64,000 bases of DNA from Nitrosopumilus sp. (GTDB lineage Archaea; Thermoproteota; Nitrososphaeria; Nitrososphaerales; Nitrosopumilaceae). The translations under genes were made by a program, and so were the position numbers. Positions 1 to 9,414 of the stretch are shown here, piece by piece. The notes beneath the pieces are model-generated. The model searched no databases. It worked only from the letters and a program-made list of their open reading frames with translations, and was not told the origin of the DNA. Each line of letters begins with the position of its first letter. Within the stretch, counting starts at the first letter, position 1. The DNA is taken from positions 1,280,001 through 1,344,000 of the forward strand of contig OZ241857.1 in the NCBI GenBank assembly GCA_965203315.1, written 5' to 3'.

Positions 1-230
1 CTAATCATGCAGATCGACATGAATTGCATACGTTATCTTGCTCAAAACACCACAAGATCGTTGTCAGCCTAACCGCTTACACTTTATCAATTCAAAAGTA
101 TATTAAAACAAGTTCGCATCTATGATTCGTAATTCTTTTATACAAGTGGTATGTGAATGGCTGATTTGTTATGAAATGTACGAGTTAGATACCCTCGTAC
201 ATTTAATTAAATGTTAGAATATTATGTTAT

Positions 231-1673
231 ATGAAAAGAGAACTAGCCTCTGCACTAAATTATGCATTAACCAAAGGGGTACAGATACACCCCAACGCAT
301 TTAAGATCTTGGAGAGTGTGGATGCAAGGCAGTTAGACAAGATCATCAAGGATGTTGTTAGAGAGAAGACTAGTAAGAGACTATTCCAGATAGGTCAGGA
401 TGATCTAGAATCGTATCTAGGAATTAAAGATGATATTCTACTACAAGCAGACGCACGAGTCTTGGTAGATCCTACTGACAAGATCACAACTGGTGAAGGT
501 GTTGAAGGCTTTTCGTCACTCTTTGTTAGTAGGTTCAATAAACTGAAGCGAGTTGTATCTGAACGACCAGAAGCAAAGATGCTAAAGGGGATCAATCACA
601 CCAAGAACGTAAAGACCAAGGATGATATCTACGTCTGTGGATTAATAACAGATAGAGTTGTGAATCAAAACTTTACAAAACTGGTCATTGAGGATCCTAC
701 AGGAGTCTTTGAGGGGAACATATTTGATGGTGATCTACAAAGAATGGCCGACGGACTACTCTTGGATCAGTTTGTTATGTTAAGGGTAGGAACTACCAAG
801 AATGGGTTTGTGATCAAAGACGTAATTCTGCCAGATATACCAGATCGGAGCGTCAATCATGCAGAGAGTGATGTGTTTGCTGTACTTCTCTCAGATCTGC
901 ATATAGGAAGTAGATACTTTATGGAGGAAGAGTTTAGTGAGTTTATCGATTGGATATCTAGTCCGGATCCCATTGCTCGAAAGATACGATTTGTACTCAT
1001 ATGTGGTGATCTGATAGATGGTGTTGGAATATATCCAAACCAGAATAAAGAGTTAGTTTATGATACAGTTGAAGAACAACTAGCTAGAACAGAAGAGTTG
1101 TTGGCCAAGATCCCAACGAATGTCAAGATCATAATTATGCCTGGCAATCACGATCCTGGTAGACGAGCATTGCCACAACCAGCAATACCAGAAAAATATA
1201 ATCAGGGTCTATGGCATAGAGAGAATGTCATAATGGTTGGTAACCCAGCTCTAGTCTCGCTCAATGGTGTAAAGATTATGCTATTTCATGGTCAAAGTAT
1301 AGATGATATTGTAAAGACTACGCCTGGTCTCAGCTACAAAAACCCCACAGGCGTTATGAGATATCTCTTGAAAGCAAGGCATCTAAGTCCTATCTACGGT
1401 AGTCAAACACCAATAGCACCAGAGAAGGAGGATCATATGGTAATAGAGCACATACCAGACATCTTTCATGTAGGTCATGTACATAGAGCAGAAGTAGATA
1501 GATACAAGGGCATCTTGTTGATCAACTCTGGTTCATGGCAACTACAGACTCCATTTCAGTCCAGTGTTGGGATGGTTCCAAATCCTGGTATCGCCATTAT
1601 GGTGAACTTGAAGACATTTCAAATATTACACCAAAACTATAACCCCGATCTAGACAATGTCTTGCAGAGTTAG
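231..1673 (+). CDS. polB: DNA polymerase D small subunit DP1 (proofreading exonuclease)
   Basis: OB-fold region plus calcineurin-like motifs SDLHIGS, GDLIDG, PGNHD, FHGQS, GHVH. Confidence 0.95.
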   Translation: MKRELASALNYALTKGVQIHPNAFKILESVDARQLDKIIKDVVREKTSKRLFQIGQDDLESYLGIKDDILLQADARVLVDPTDKITTGEGVEGFSSLFVSRFNKLKRVVSERPEAKMLKGINHTKNVKTKDDIYVCGLITDRVVNQNFTKLVIEDPTGVFEGNIFDGDLQRMADGLLLDQFVMLRVGTTKNGFVIKDVILPDIPDRSVNHAESDVFAVLLSDLHIGSRYFMEEEFSEFIDWISSPDPIARKIRFVLICGDLIDGVGIYPNQNKELVYDTVEEQLARTEELLAKIPTNVKIIIMPGNHDPGRRALPQPAIPEKYNQGLWHRENVIMVGNPALVSLNGVKIMLFHGQSIDDIVKTTPGLSYKNPTGVMRYLLKARHLSPIYGSQTPIAPEKEDHMVIEHIPDIFHVGHVHRAEVDRYKGILLINSGSWQLQTPFQSSVGMVPNPGIAIMVNLKTFQILHQNYNPDLDNVLQS

Positions 1674-2879
1674 ATCGCTCTGGAATGATCTCTTTACTAT
1701 CTCTGTCGATACCATGAGTGTGTATTTTTTTGTACGACCGTGAACACCTTGGCTCATCAACCTCCCACTTATAATCCCAGAGAGTTCAATATCTCCCAAT
1801 ATCTGGGTTATTCGTCTGGATGTTAGAGCGTCTCGTGCAACTGTCTTGCAGATGTTCTTATAAGATCTGTATACCTCACCCGTCATAGAGTTATTTGCTT
1901 TGAGAATAGCTAGAATCACTAATTTTTCGTGTAGAGGAAGTGAGCGGAGTAGAGTCTCTTCTTTATTCTCTTCGATCTTTTTAAATGCAGTGCGTATATG
2001 ATGATCATTTACTTTGTTTGATTGTTCGCGTTCTGCCACTTCACCTGCAACACGTATCAAATCAATAGCTCTACGAGCATCGCCATGTTCTTGTGCAGCA
2101 AGTGCAGCACATAAAGATAGAGCAGCGTCTTCTACTGCATTCTCAACAAAGGCATCATTTACCCTTGTTTTGATTATCTTGTGTAGTTGGTCGACATTAT
2201 AACTCTCAAAGACAAGCTCTTCTTCGCCGAGCGTACTGATGACTCTGGGGTCTAATCTCTCTTTAAATGTGAGATCATTAGATATGCCAACTAGGGTTAA
2301 AGAGCCCGAGCCCAGTCTCTCATTTGCTCGTGTTAGTTGATACAAGATATCTTTGTTAGTCTTTGAGACTAGTTGTGTAAGATAGTCGATCTCATCTATA
2401 ACAAATATCGCATTAATATTCTCAGACTCTATCTTGGATAATAGACGTTTAAAGATCTCACTTATTGAAAGACCTGTAGGTGGAAGTCTCTTCTCATCTA
2501 GATCTAATTGTCTACCAAAACTTACTAACAAACCAGACAGAGTCGTCTCATTCTTAGAGTTTGTGTATACTAGTTTGATTGGAAAGTTTGAGGATTCAAC
2601 TTTTTCTTGAATTTTGGATATAATCTTCTTCACTACAAGAGTCTTACCAGTGCCAGGTTTACCATATACAAGAAGATTTGATGGACGGGATTGTTTGAGG
2701 ATTGGTAGTAATGATTGAGTTACCTCTCTCTGTTCTTCATCACGATGCTCTATCATATTAGGTATGTATGTAGAATGTAAGATATCTCTATTCTTGATGA
2801 GTGATGTTCCAGACTCGACAGTGGCAAGCATTGCATCTACTGGATCAACCTGTTCATTCACTACATTACTCATACCCAC
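1650..2879 (-). CDS. cdc6: Orc1/Cdc6 replication initiator (likely start ATG 2873)
   Basis: Walker A GKPGTGKT, Walker B IDEID, sensor-2 GDARRA, C-terminal wHTH with HGRT. Confidence 0.97.
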   Translation of the reverse strand: MGMSNVVNEQVDPVDAMLATVESGTSLIKNRDILHSTYIPNMIEHRDEEQREVTQSLLPILKQSRPSNLLVYGKPGTGKTLVVKKIISKIQEKVESSNFPIKLVYTNSKNETTLSGLLVSFGRQLDLDEKRLPPTGLSISEIFKRLLSKIESENINAIFVIDEIDYLTQLVSKTNKDILYQLTRANERLGSGSLTLVGISNDLTFKERLDPRVISTLGEEELVFESYNVDQLHKIIKTRVNDAFVENAVEDAALSLCAALAAQEHGDARRAIDLIRVAGEVAEREQSNKVNDHHIRTAFKKIEENKEETLLRSLPLHEKLVILAILKANNSMTGEVYRSYKNICKTVARDALTSRRITQILGDIELSGIISGRLMSQGVHGRTKKYTLMVSTEIVKRSFQSDLTLQDIV

Positions 2880-3330
2880 ACACCCATGTTTCCACTCCAG
2901 AATATCAGATATAGTGTATAATGTATGAGGTTAATTTTGTTTAGTTTCTAATTAATTATTTTAATTCTTTTTAAAAAAATTATAGAAAGAAGTGGAGTGG
3001 AAATGAAGGTGTGTGGGTCAGGTTTAGGACTAGTTAACACCAAAGTTAAGATCATGTTAATCTGATGGGCAAATATGGTATTTTGACCCCTTCATTTCCA
3101 CTCTAGGCGTTAAGATCGCTATTAACACAGTTAACGACCAGATTTGACCCCTTCATTTCCACTCCACGCATGGATCTTGCCAGATCTGACCATCTGTGCC
3201 CAAAACTCATGTTAACTTGTTGGGTGATCTTGGGTCAGATAGGCGTGAAAATTAGTCAATATTAACAAAGTACTTTGTTAACACTTTTCTAAAGATCAAT
3301 TAATTTGTTAAAGGATTATTCATTAGATCC
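2870..3330. promoter_or_regulatory. Replication origin (oriC): four ORB elements and an AT-rich DUE
   Basis: ORBs of consensus GAGTGGAAATGAAGG(G/T)GT at about 2874-2899 (-), 2993-3018 (+), 3085-3104 (-) and 3146-3166 (-); AT-rich tract about 2930-2985; directly upstream of cdc6. Confidence 0.9.
3262..3281. promoter_or_regulatory. Perfect 20-bp palindrome TTAACAAAGTACTTTGTTAA, candidate operator
   Basis: Self-reverse-complementary; about 50 bp upstream of ORF 3333. Confidence 0.55.
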
Positions 3331-3332
3331 TG

Positions 3333-3719
3333 ATGGCGCGAAAGCAGATACGGATAAACATGGAGGATGATAATGGCACAAAATATGATATCAAACTAGA
3401 TGGTAACGTTACCCGAGACAGCGTCTTAAAGATCTTTGAGGTGATGAATCTGGTAAATGTTGAAGAAGAGTTGCCTTCTACCAATATAGACTCTACAGGC
3501 TCTAAGATCTGGCATATTGTAGAAAAGTACTATCCAATTGGCAAGTTTACATCAAATAACATACTAGAAAAGTATGAGGATGAGTTCAATGAACCGATCA
3601 AACTCAGCATAATCTCAACATATCTCTCACGTTTTTCATCAAAGAATCGTATCAATAGGGTCAGAACAGGACGTGAGTGGACATATCAGATCATCAAAAT
3701 TCATCAAGGGCAGACCTAG
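3333..3719 (+). CDS. Origin-adjacent hypothetical protein with probable C-terminal winged helix
   Basis: LSIISTYLSRF...INRVRTGREWTY resembles a wHTH recognition helix and wing. Confidence 0.65.
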   Translation: MARKQIRINMEDDNGTKYDIKLDGNVTRDSVLKIFEVMNLVNVEEELPSTNIDSTGSKIWHIVEKYYPIGKFTSNNILEKYEDEFNEPIKLSIISTYLSRFSSKNRINRVRTGREWTYQIIKIHQGQT

Positions 3720-4120
3720 GTTATTACAATCTTGTGTATAATCAACCGATCTCCACTCAAAACCATCTTAACATATTCACCTTTTTGAATATCCATATGT
3801 CTTCGAAATTGTTTCGGTATGGATATAGTTCCTGCAGATGTGATCTTGACCAAGACCTCATTCTTCTCAACAGACATGATAATATTATAAGTTATAGATA
3901 TTTATAATTTCATAAAGTATCTTTTTATTAATAAATAACAAAATCTCACTTAAACAGGTTGGAATATGAGATATCCGGCCGAGTTCATGGATTGATATCA
4001 GGTATATCGGGCATATCAGACCATTTGATCACCTGTAATTTGGTATGCAGATGTTGTGGATTTGCATTGGAGAGGAAGCAGTAAAACCAACACACATCAT
4101 TAGATGCAACAGATCAGTTT

Positions 4121-4738
4121 CTACACTGGCTGAATATTGGTCTCTAAGCGCCTAATCCTCTCCAAACCCTTTTCAGCGATAGAGTATGTAAATGGTCTAG
4201 TATCTTCATGTCTTTGGACATATCCTTCCTCGAACATCTTTTTCATCAATCTGGACGTATGTTCCCTACTCTTAGATAGTGTGATTTGAATATCACGTGA
4301 TGTCATTCTCTTATCTGTGATTAAATGCAACACAATATCAATGGGATTTGTGTGATGTGATATGTCTATTTTAGGCACAGATTGTGGTCTCTCTGGAACT
4401 ATCTCCGACTCAATCTTTATCGGATCGGGCTTGGTGTGCGTAATCTCTTTCTCAGATCCTGCTAGAGCGTGTTGAGACTCTAACTCTTGAGTATTGGGTA
4501 GCAAATCTCCTTGTTTTGGCTCGTCATTCTGCATCTCCATAGCATCTAGGCGTATCTTTATGTCTATCAACTGCTTCTCATAGTACTCTAAACGTTCAGA
4601 ATTCGTCGGCTCTGTTGATCTAGTCTTTGATCTAATGAGTGGATAGACCTTTAAGAGTAGAAACAGACCGCCCAGTCCTGCAATAAAGGCAACAACTACA
4701 CTCAAGATCAGTTCAAACTCTGAGATCTCCAACACCAT
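4121..4738 (-). CDS. Membrane-anchored winged-helix protein (N-terminal TM, coiled coil, wHTH); ORF track extends to 4822
   Basis: Hydrophobic LILSVVVAFIAGLGGLFLLL; coiled coil ERLEYYEKQLIDIKIRLD; MTSRDIQITLSKSREHTSRLMKKMFEEGYVQR is a wHTH pattern. Confidence 0.75.
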   Translation of the reverse strand: MVLEISEFELILSVVVAFIAGLGGLFLLLKVYPLIRSKTRSTEPTNSERLEYYEKQLIDIKIRLDAMEMQNDEPKQGDLLPNTQELESQHALAGSEKEITHTKPDPIKIESEIVPERPQSVPKIDISHHTNPIDIVLHLITDKRMTSRDIQITLSKSREHTSRLMKKMFEEGYVQRHEDTRPFTYSIAEKGLERIRRLETNIQPV

Positions 4739-4852
4739 CACATATCTATGATATAGGTGTGATTTATCATAATAGGACAAATTTATTTCACAAATTGGGT
4801 AAAATCTCACACACAAAATCACGGATTATGCTACATGAAATATCATTGTCTA

Positions 4853-5245
4853 TCACATATTACATGCCTGTTTAACATACCTGTCCATCACACTTATCAC
4901 ATCATCGACTGATTCAACAGTAATATCACTCTCATTTATCACACTAATCTGTTCTGCAAGCTTTGTTATCACATCAATATCATCGGGTAATAGTATGCCT
5001 AGACCACGTAAGAGAGCGATAGAATAGAACAATCTTACCAATTTCTCTCTAGATTGCCCAACCTGTCTATAGTACGCACCAGGCGTTATAGGAAACTCTG
5101 CCTCGACAAGTCTCTTGTAATTTAAAATAATTTCAATTTGTCGTTCAGTAAATAGAGATTTTTTGATGATTTGGCGTATAATTTCATTAAAATTATATTT
5201 TTCAGAGTCCGTCATAGCTATACAGATCTGTATATGACTCCTCAA
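4853..5245 (-). CDS. Conserved hypothetical protein, possible HTH
   Basis: SLFTERQIEII...ITPGAYYRQVGQSREKL resembles a LuxR/sigma4-like HTH. Confidence 0.6.
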   Translation of the reverse strand: MRSHIQICIAMTDSEKYNFNEIIRQIIKKSLFTERQIEIILNYKRLVEAEFPITPGAYYRQVGQSREKLVRLFYSIALLRGLGILLPDDIDVITKLAEQISVINESDITVESVDDVISVMDRYVKQACNM

Positions 5246-5279
5246 TTAAACTTTATAGTGTCATATACAAACAACACTT

Positions 5280-6032
5280 GTGTCTAAACTAAAGGTAGAA
5301 GAGTACCTATCTAAAGAATTAGAGAGAAAGAGCGCACTAGTCTTTGTTCTAATCGACTCTGAAACATCAGATCGAAAGTCGTCAGCTAAACTGGCGCGAG
5401 ATGTTGAAAAGGCAGGCGCCACAGCTATTCTAGTAGGCGGTTCTTCTGCAACCGATCAGTTAGAGATGTCGCAACTAGTACGACATTTGAAAGAAGAGAT
5501 CGAGATTCCGATAATTCTGTTTCCAGGAAATATTACGGGTGTTGTTCCAGACGCAGACGCGATCCTATTCAGCTCGTTGATGAACTCGGAGAATCCATAC
5601 TTTATAACACAAGCCCAAGCTCTCAGCTCACTAAACGTACTAAAGTTCGGTCTAGAACCACTACCTACGGCATATCTTGTTGTGGGTGATGGAACCTCGG
5701 CGTGGTTTGTAGGTTCAGCTAGAGGAATTCCATTTGATAAACCAAAGATAGCTGCTGCATACTCTCTTGCCGCAAAGTTTCTTGGAATGAGGTTTGTGTA
5801 TCTAGAAGCAGGTTCTGGTGCCAAGACCAGTGTCACACCAGAGATGGTAACGGCGGTACGGAGTGTATTTGACGGTTTTCTTATAGTTGGAGGAGGGATA
5901 CGAGACGCCGAGACCGCGAGATCCCTAACTAGAGCCGGCGCCAATGCTCTTGTTGTTGGTACACTACTAGAGCAAGGTGACAATATGCGTAAACTTGAAC
6001 AGATAGTAGAGACGATTCACTGTGATGCATAA
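5280..6032 (+). CDS. Geranylgeranylglyceryl phosphate synthase
   Basis: LIDS, ILVGGS, ILFPG, YLEAGSGA and VGGGIR motifs. Confidence 0.93.
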   Translation: MSKLKVEEYLSKELERKSALVFVLIDSETSDRKSSAKLARDVEKAGATAILVGGSSATDQLEMSQLVRHLKEEIEIPIILFPGNITGVVPDADAILFSSLMNSENPYFITQAQALSSLNVLKFGLEPLPTAYLVVGDGTSAWFVGSARGIPFDKPKIAAAYSLAAKFLGMRFVYLEAGSGAKTSVTPEMVTAVRSVFDGFLIVGGGIRDAETARSLTRAGANALVVGTLLEQGDNMRKLEQIVETIHCDA

Positions 6033-9000
6033 TGTCTCAAGACGATATAGTCTCTAGAATTCAGGACATTCCAATGCCTGACTATTATCTACAATACTAT
6101 GATGACCTCTCATCTGGAACTAGTACTATATTTGAGAAGGCAAGAGCTGCAAAGTCTAGTCTAGTCGACTCGTCTGATACGATTGAACCAAAGATGGCGT
6201 TTGACCTAGCAGATCGAGTGGCAAAGATGCACGAGATTGATATCGCCGAACCATTACGCAACTTGCTGAAAGAGAAGCCTAAAGAGTTAACTGCATTAAC
6301 CCTAGCAAAAGAGATTGCGTTAGGTAAGTACTCTGATGCTGATACGCCTATGGAAGAGAGGCTAGATCTCGCAGTGCGCGTAGGTCTCGCAATAGTTACT
6401 GAAGGTGTCACAATTGCTCCTCTTCAAGGGATAAACGAAGTAAAGATCAAAAAGAACAAGGACGGTAGTGAGTACCTCTCTGTATCCATTGCAGGTCCAA
6501 TGCGATCAGCTGGAGGAACAGAGTCGGCAGTAACGATGTTGATTGCAGATTATGTAAGAAAGGCGGTTGGACTGGCAAAGTATCAAGCCAACTCGTTTGA
6601 TGATGAGACAGGCAGGTTTGTCGAAGAACTACGCATATACGAGAGAGAGGCCAGTAGTTTTCAATTTCATATTCTAGATGAAGATATCATACACGTGATA
6701 TCGAACATTCCAGTAGAACTTGATGGAGTAGATACAGATCCGTACGAGGTTGTCAACCACAAATCTATGGCACGCATCAAGACAGATAGAGTACGAGGTG
6801 GCGCACTCCGTGTATTGAATGATGGTCTCATCGGCAGATCCAAGAAACTACTAAAGAGGATCGAGATGTATAATCTAGATGGATGGGCTTGGCTCAATGA
6901 TCTCAAAGGTGCTGTCCAGACAGCAAACCAAGAGGACGCAGCAACCAAGAGGATGAAAGAGGTGATTACAGGTCGTTCTGTACTCTCCATGCCCAACAAA
7001 CTCGGTGGATTTCGACTCAGATATGGTCGTGCATGTAATACTGGTTTTGCAGCTGTAGGACTACACCCGGTGATCGCTGAGATACTTGATCATACAGTTG
7101 CAGTTGGAACACAGATCAAGATCGATATACCTGGCAAGGGCGCAACTGTCGCATTTGTGGATTCTATCGAGACACCGACGGTGCTTCTAAAAGATGGTAG
7201 TGTAGTACGGATCCGTGATGTCAAACATGGAATCGAGATTAAGCATAGTATCAAACGAATCCTACATCTTGGCGATATCTTGATATCGTTTGGTGATTTT
7301 CTAGAGAACAATGCACAGTTGGTCCCAACTGGATATGTTGAAGAGATGTGGGTTGAGGAACTACGCGCAAAGATCGATGGACAAAGTACAGACACTGCAA
7401 GATACCTCACAGAGACACCGTCCCTTGACACTGCACTATCAATATCACATAATCTAAAGATGCCACTATATCCGCAATTTCTTTACTTTTGGGACATGAT
7501 CACGCCAACAGATCTAGGTAAACTGCTAGAGCCCACAAAAACCGACTCTGATACAATCTGGTATGATATACAGTACAAGTCGATCCTCGAGCGACTTGGT
7601 GTCCCACATATAGTAAGAGATGCATCACTAGTTCTGCAAGGGATAGATGCCAAGATATTTTGGAATCTAATTCTTCGAGTCAAACCCAAGATAAATGATG
7701 ATACAGTACCAAACATAATCACAGCCTCGTCTGGCATTGAGATCAGACCCAAGTTCTCAACCTCCATAGGCGTCAGGATTGGTAGACCAGAGAAAGCGGC
7801 ACCTAGGCAGATGAAGCCACCCACACACGTACTGTTTCCAGTTACTGACAAGGGTGGTCCATCACGTGACATACTCAAAGCTGCACGAACAGAGCACTTT
7901 TTTACAAATATCTTTAGTCGTACATGTCCTAAATGTAATGCATCGTCAATTGGAATAAAATGTACAATGTGTGATATAGAGACGGTTGTATTAAAGACAT
8001 GCCAAGTTTGTCGTAATGAGACCACCGATTCGTACTGTCAGCGTTGTAAACGTAATACGATTGCACACTCTTATAGAGAGTTTCCACTAAAGTCAAAACT
8101 CTTGTCTGCACAACAGTTGGTTGAGATCCGTGCTCAAGAACCACTCAAGGGTGTTAAAGATCTGATAAGCCAAGACAAGATCGCCGAGCCTTTGGAGAAA
8201 GGAATAATTCGACAAAAGTTTGGCTTGACCATCTTCAAGGATGGGACGACTAGATTTGATGCTACAAACTCACCATTAACTCAATTCAAACCAGCATGGA
8301 TCGGTACATCAATATCTAAACTCTATGATATGGGGTATACACATGATATCGATGGTAAACGACTAGATGATCCAGAACAGATAGTTGAGTTGCGAATGCA
8401 AGATGTGATAATTCCATACGAGTCTGGCAGATATCTGGTTGCCGTATGCAAGTATGTTGATCAACTCTTGACAAAGTTTTACAAACATAGTGCGTTTTAT
8501 AACGTTAAAGATATTGATGATCTAGTAGGACATTTGATTGTTGGCCTAGCACCTCATACCTCTGTTGGAATAGTAGGTAGAATAATTGGATACACAGAGA
8601 CACATGTGTGTTTTGGTACACCAAACTGGCACTCTGCAAAGCGAAGAGATGCAGACGGCGACGCAGACTCGATAATGTTATTGATGGATATCCTGCTAAA
8701 TTTTTCAAGACTCTTCCTCTCTGATCGAATTGGTGGATTGATGGATGCCCCACTTTTAGTACAACCGTTGGTGCTACCACACGAGTCACAACCCCAAGCA
8801 CACAACCTAGAAGTTGTAAAAAATTTTCCTCTAGAGTTCTTTACAAACACATTTGAGCAAATAAAAGCGTCTGCAGTCAGATCAGTAGATGTAATCAAGT
8901 CACGATTAGACAGCGAACAACAGTTTTGTGACTATCACTTTACACACAAGACCTCTACACTAACCACCACTAAATCACGTAGCGCCTACTCGACGTTAGG

Positions 9001-9397
9001 TTCTATGTTGGACAAGTTTGATATGCAGATAAGAAACGCCGAGATGATAGATGCTGTCAATACGTCCGAGATTGTATCTAATGTAATCTCTACACATCTT
9101 GTTCCTGATATCATGGGAAATCTACGATCATATGCCAGACAAAAGTTTCGTTGCACAAAATGTAGCAGATCGTATCGTAGGGTGCCACTTGTACAGCATT
9201 GTTATTGTGGTAATGCACTAATACCTACAATATCAAAGAGATCGGTAGAAAAGTACCTGAAACTTGCAAAACGATTAACAGACAAGTATGATGTAGGTAC
9301 ATATCAGAAAGGAAGAATACAGACTCTCTCAGATGAGATCGAGTTGGTATTTGGCAAGAATCAAGGCGATCAATCTCTACTTACCGATTATACCTAA
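6032..9397 (+). CDS. polC: DNA polymerase D large subunit DP2
   Basis: GGFRLRYGR, catalytic RRDADGDAD, Zn fingers; no intein. Confidence 0.97.
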   Translation: MSQDDIVSRIQDIPMPDYYLQYYDDLSSGTSTIFEKARAAKSSLVDSSDTIEPKMAFDLADRVAKMHEIDIAEPLRNLLKEKPKELTALTLAKEIALGKYSDADTPMEERLDLAVRVGLAIVTEGVTIAPLQGINEVKIKKNKDGSEYLSVSIAGPMRSAGGTESAVTMLIADYVRKAVGLAKYQANSFDDETGRFVEELRIYEREASSFQFHILDEDIIHVISNIPVELDGVDTDPYEVVNHKSMARIKTDRVRGGALRVLNDGLIGRSKKLLKRIEMYNLDGWAWLNDLKGAVQTANQEDAATKRMKEVITGRSVLSMPNKLGGFRLRYGRACNTGFAAVGLHPVIAEILDHTVAVGTQIKIDIPGKGATVAFVDSIETPTVLLKDGSVVRIRDVKHGIEIKHSIKRILHLGDILISFGDFLENNAQLVPTGYVEEMWVEELRAKIDGQSTDTARYLTETPSLDTALSISHNLKMPLYPQFLYFWDMITPTDLGKLLEPTKTDSDTIWYDIQYKSILERLGVPHIVRDASLVLQGIDAKIFWNLILRVKPKINDDTVPNIITASSGIEIRPKFSTSIGVRIGRPEKAAPRQMKPPTHVLFPVTDKGGPSRDILKAARTEHFFTNIFSRTCPKCNASSIGIKCTMCDIETVVLKTCQVCRNETTDSYCQRCKRNTIAHSYREFPLKSKLLSAQQLVEIRAQEPLKGVKDLISQDKIAEPLEKGIIRQKFGLTIFKDGTTRFDATNSPLTQFKPAWIGTSISKLYDMGYTHDIDGKRLDDPEQIVELRMQDVIIPYESGRYLVAVCKYVDQLLTKFYKHSAFYNVKDIDDLVGHLIVGLAPHTSVGIVGRIIGYTETHVCFGTPNWHSAKRRDADGDADSIMLLMDILLNFSRLFLSDRIGGLMDAPLLVQPLVLPHESQPQAHNLEVVKNFPLEFFTNTFEQIKASAVRSVDVIKSRLDSEQQFCDYHFTHKTSTLTTTKSRSAYSTLGSMLDKFDMQIRNAEMIDAVNTSEIVSNVISTHLVPDIMGNLRSYARQKFRCTKCSRSYRRVPLVQHCYCGNALIPTISKRSVEKYLKLAKRLTDKYDVGTYQKGRIQTLSDEIELVFGKNQGDQSLLTDYT

Positions 9398-9414
9398 AGA
9401 CGTAAACGCTATAC

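Noticed and set aside
3677-3907. 76-aa ORF after the origin-adjacent gene
   Set aside because: Overlaps the upstream gene, non-ATG start, no motif
6032-9397. Possible inteins in DP2 (also checked cdc6)
   Set aside because: Lengths are normal and there are no splice-junction motifs
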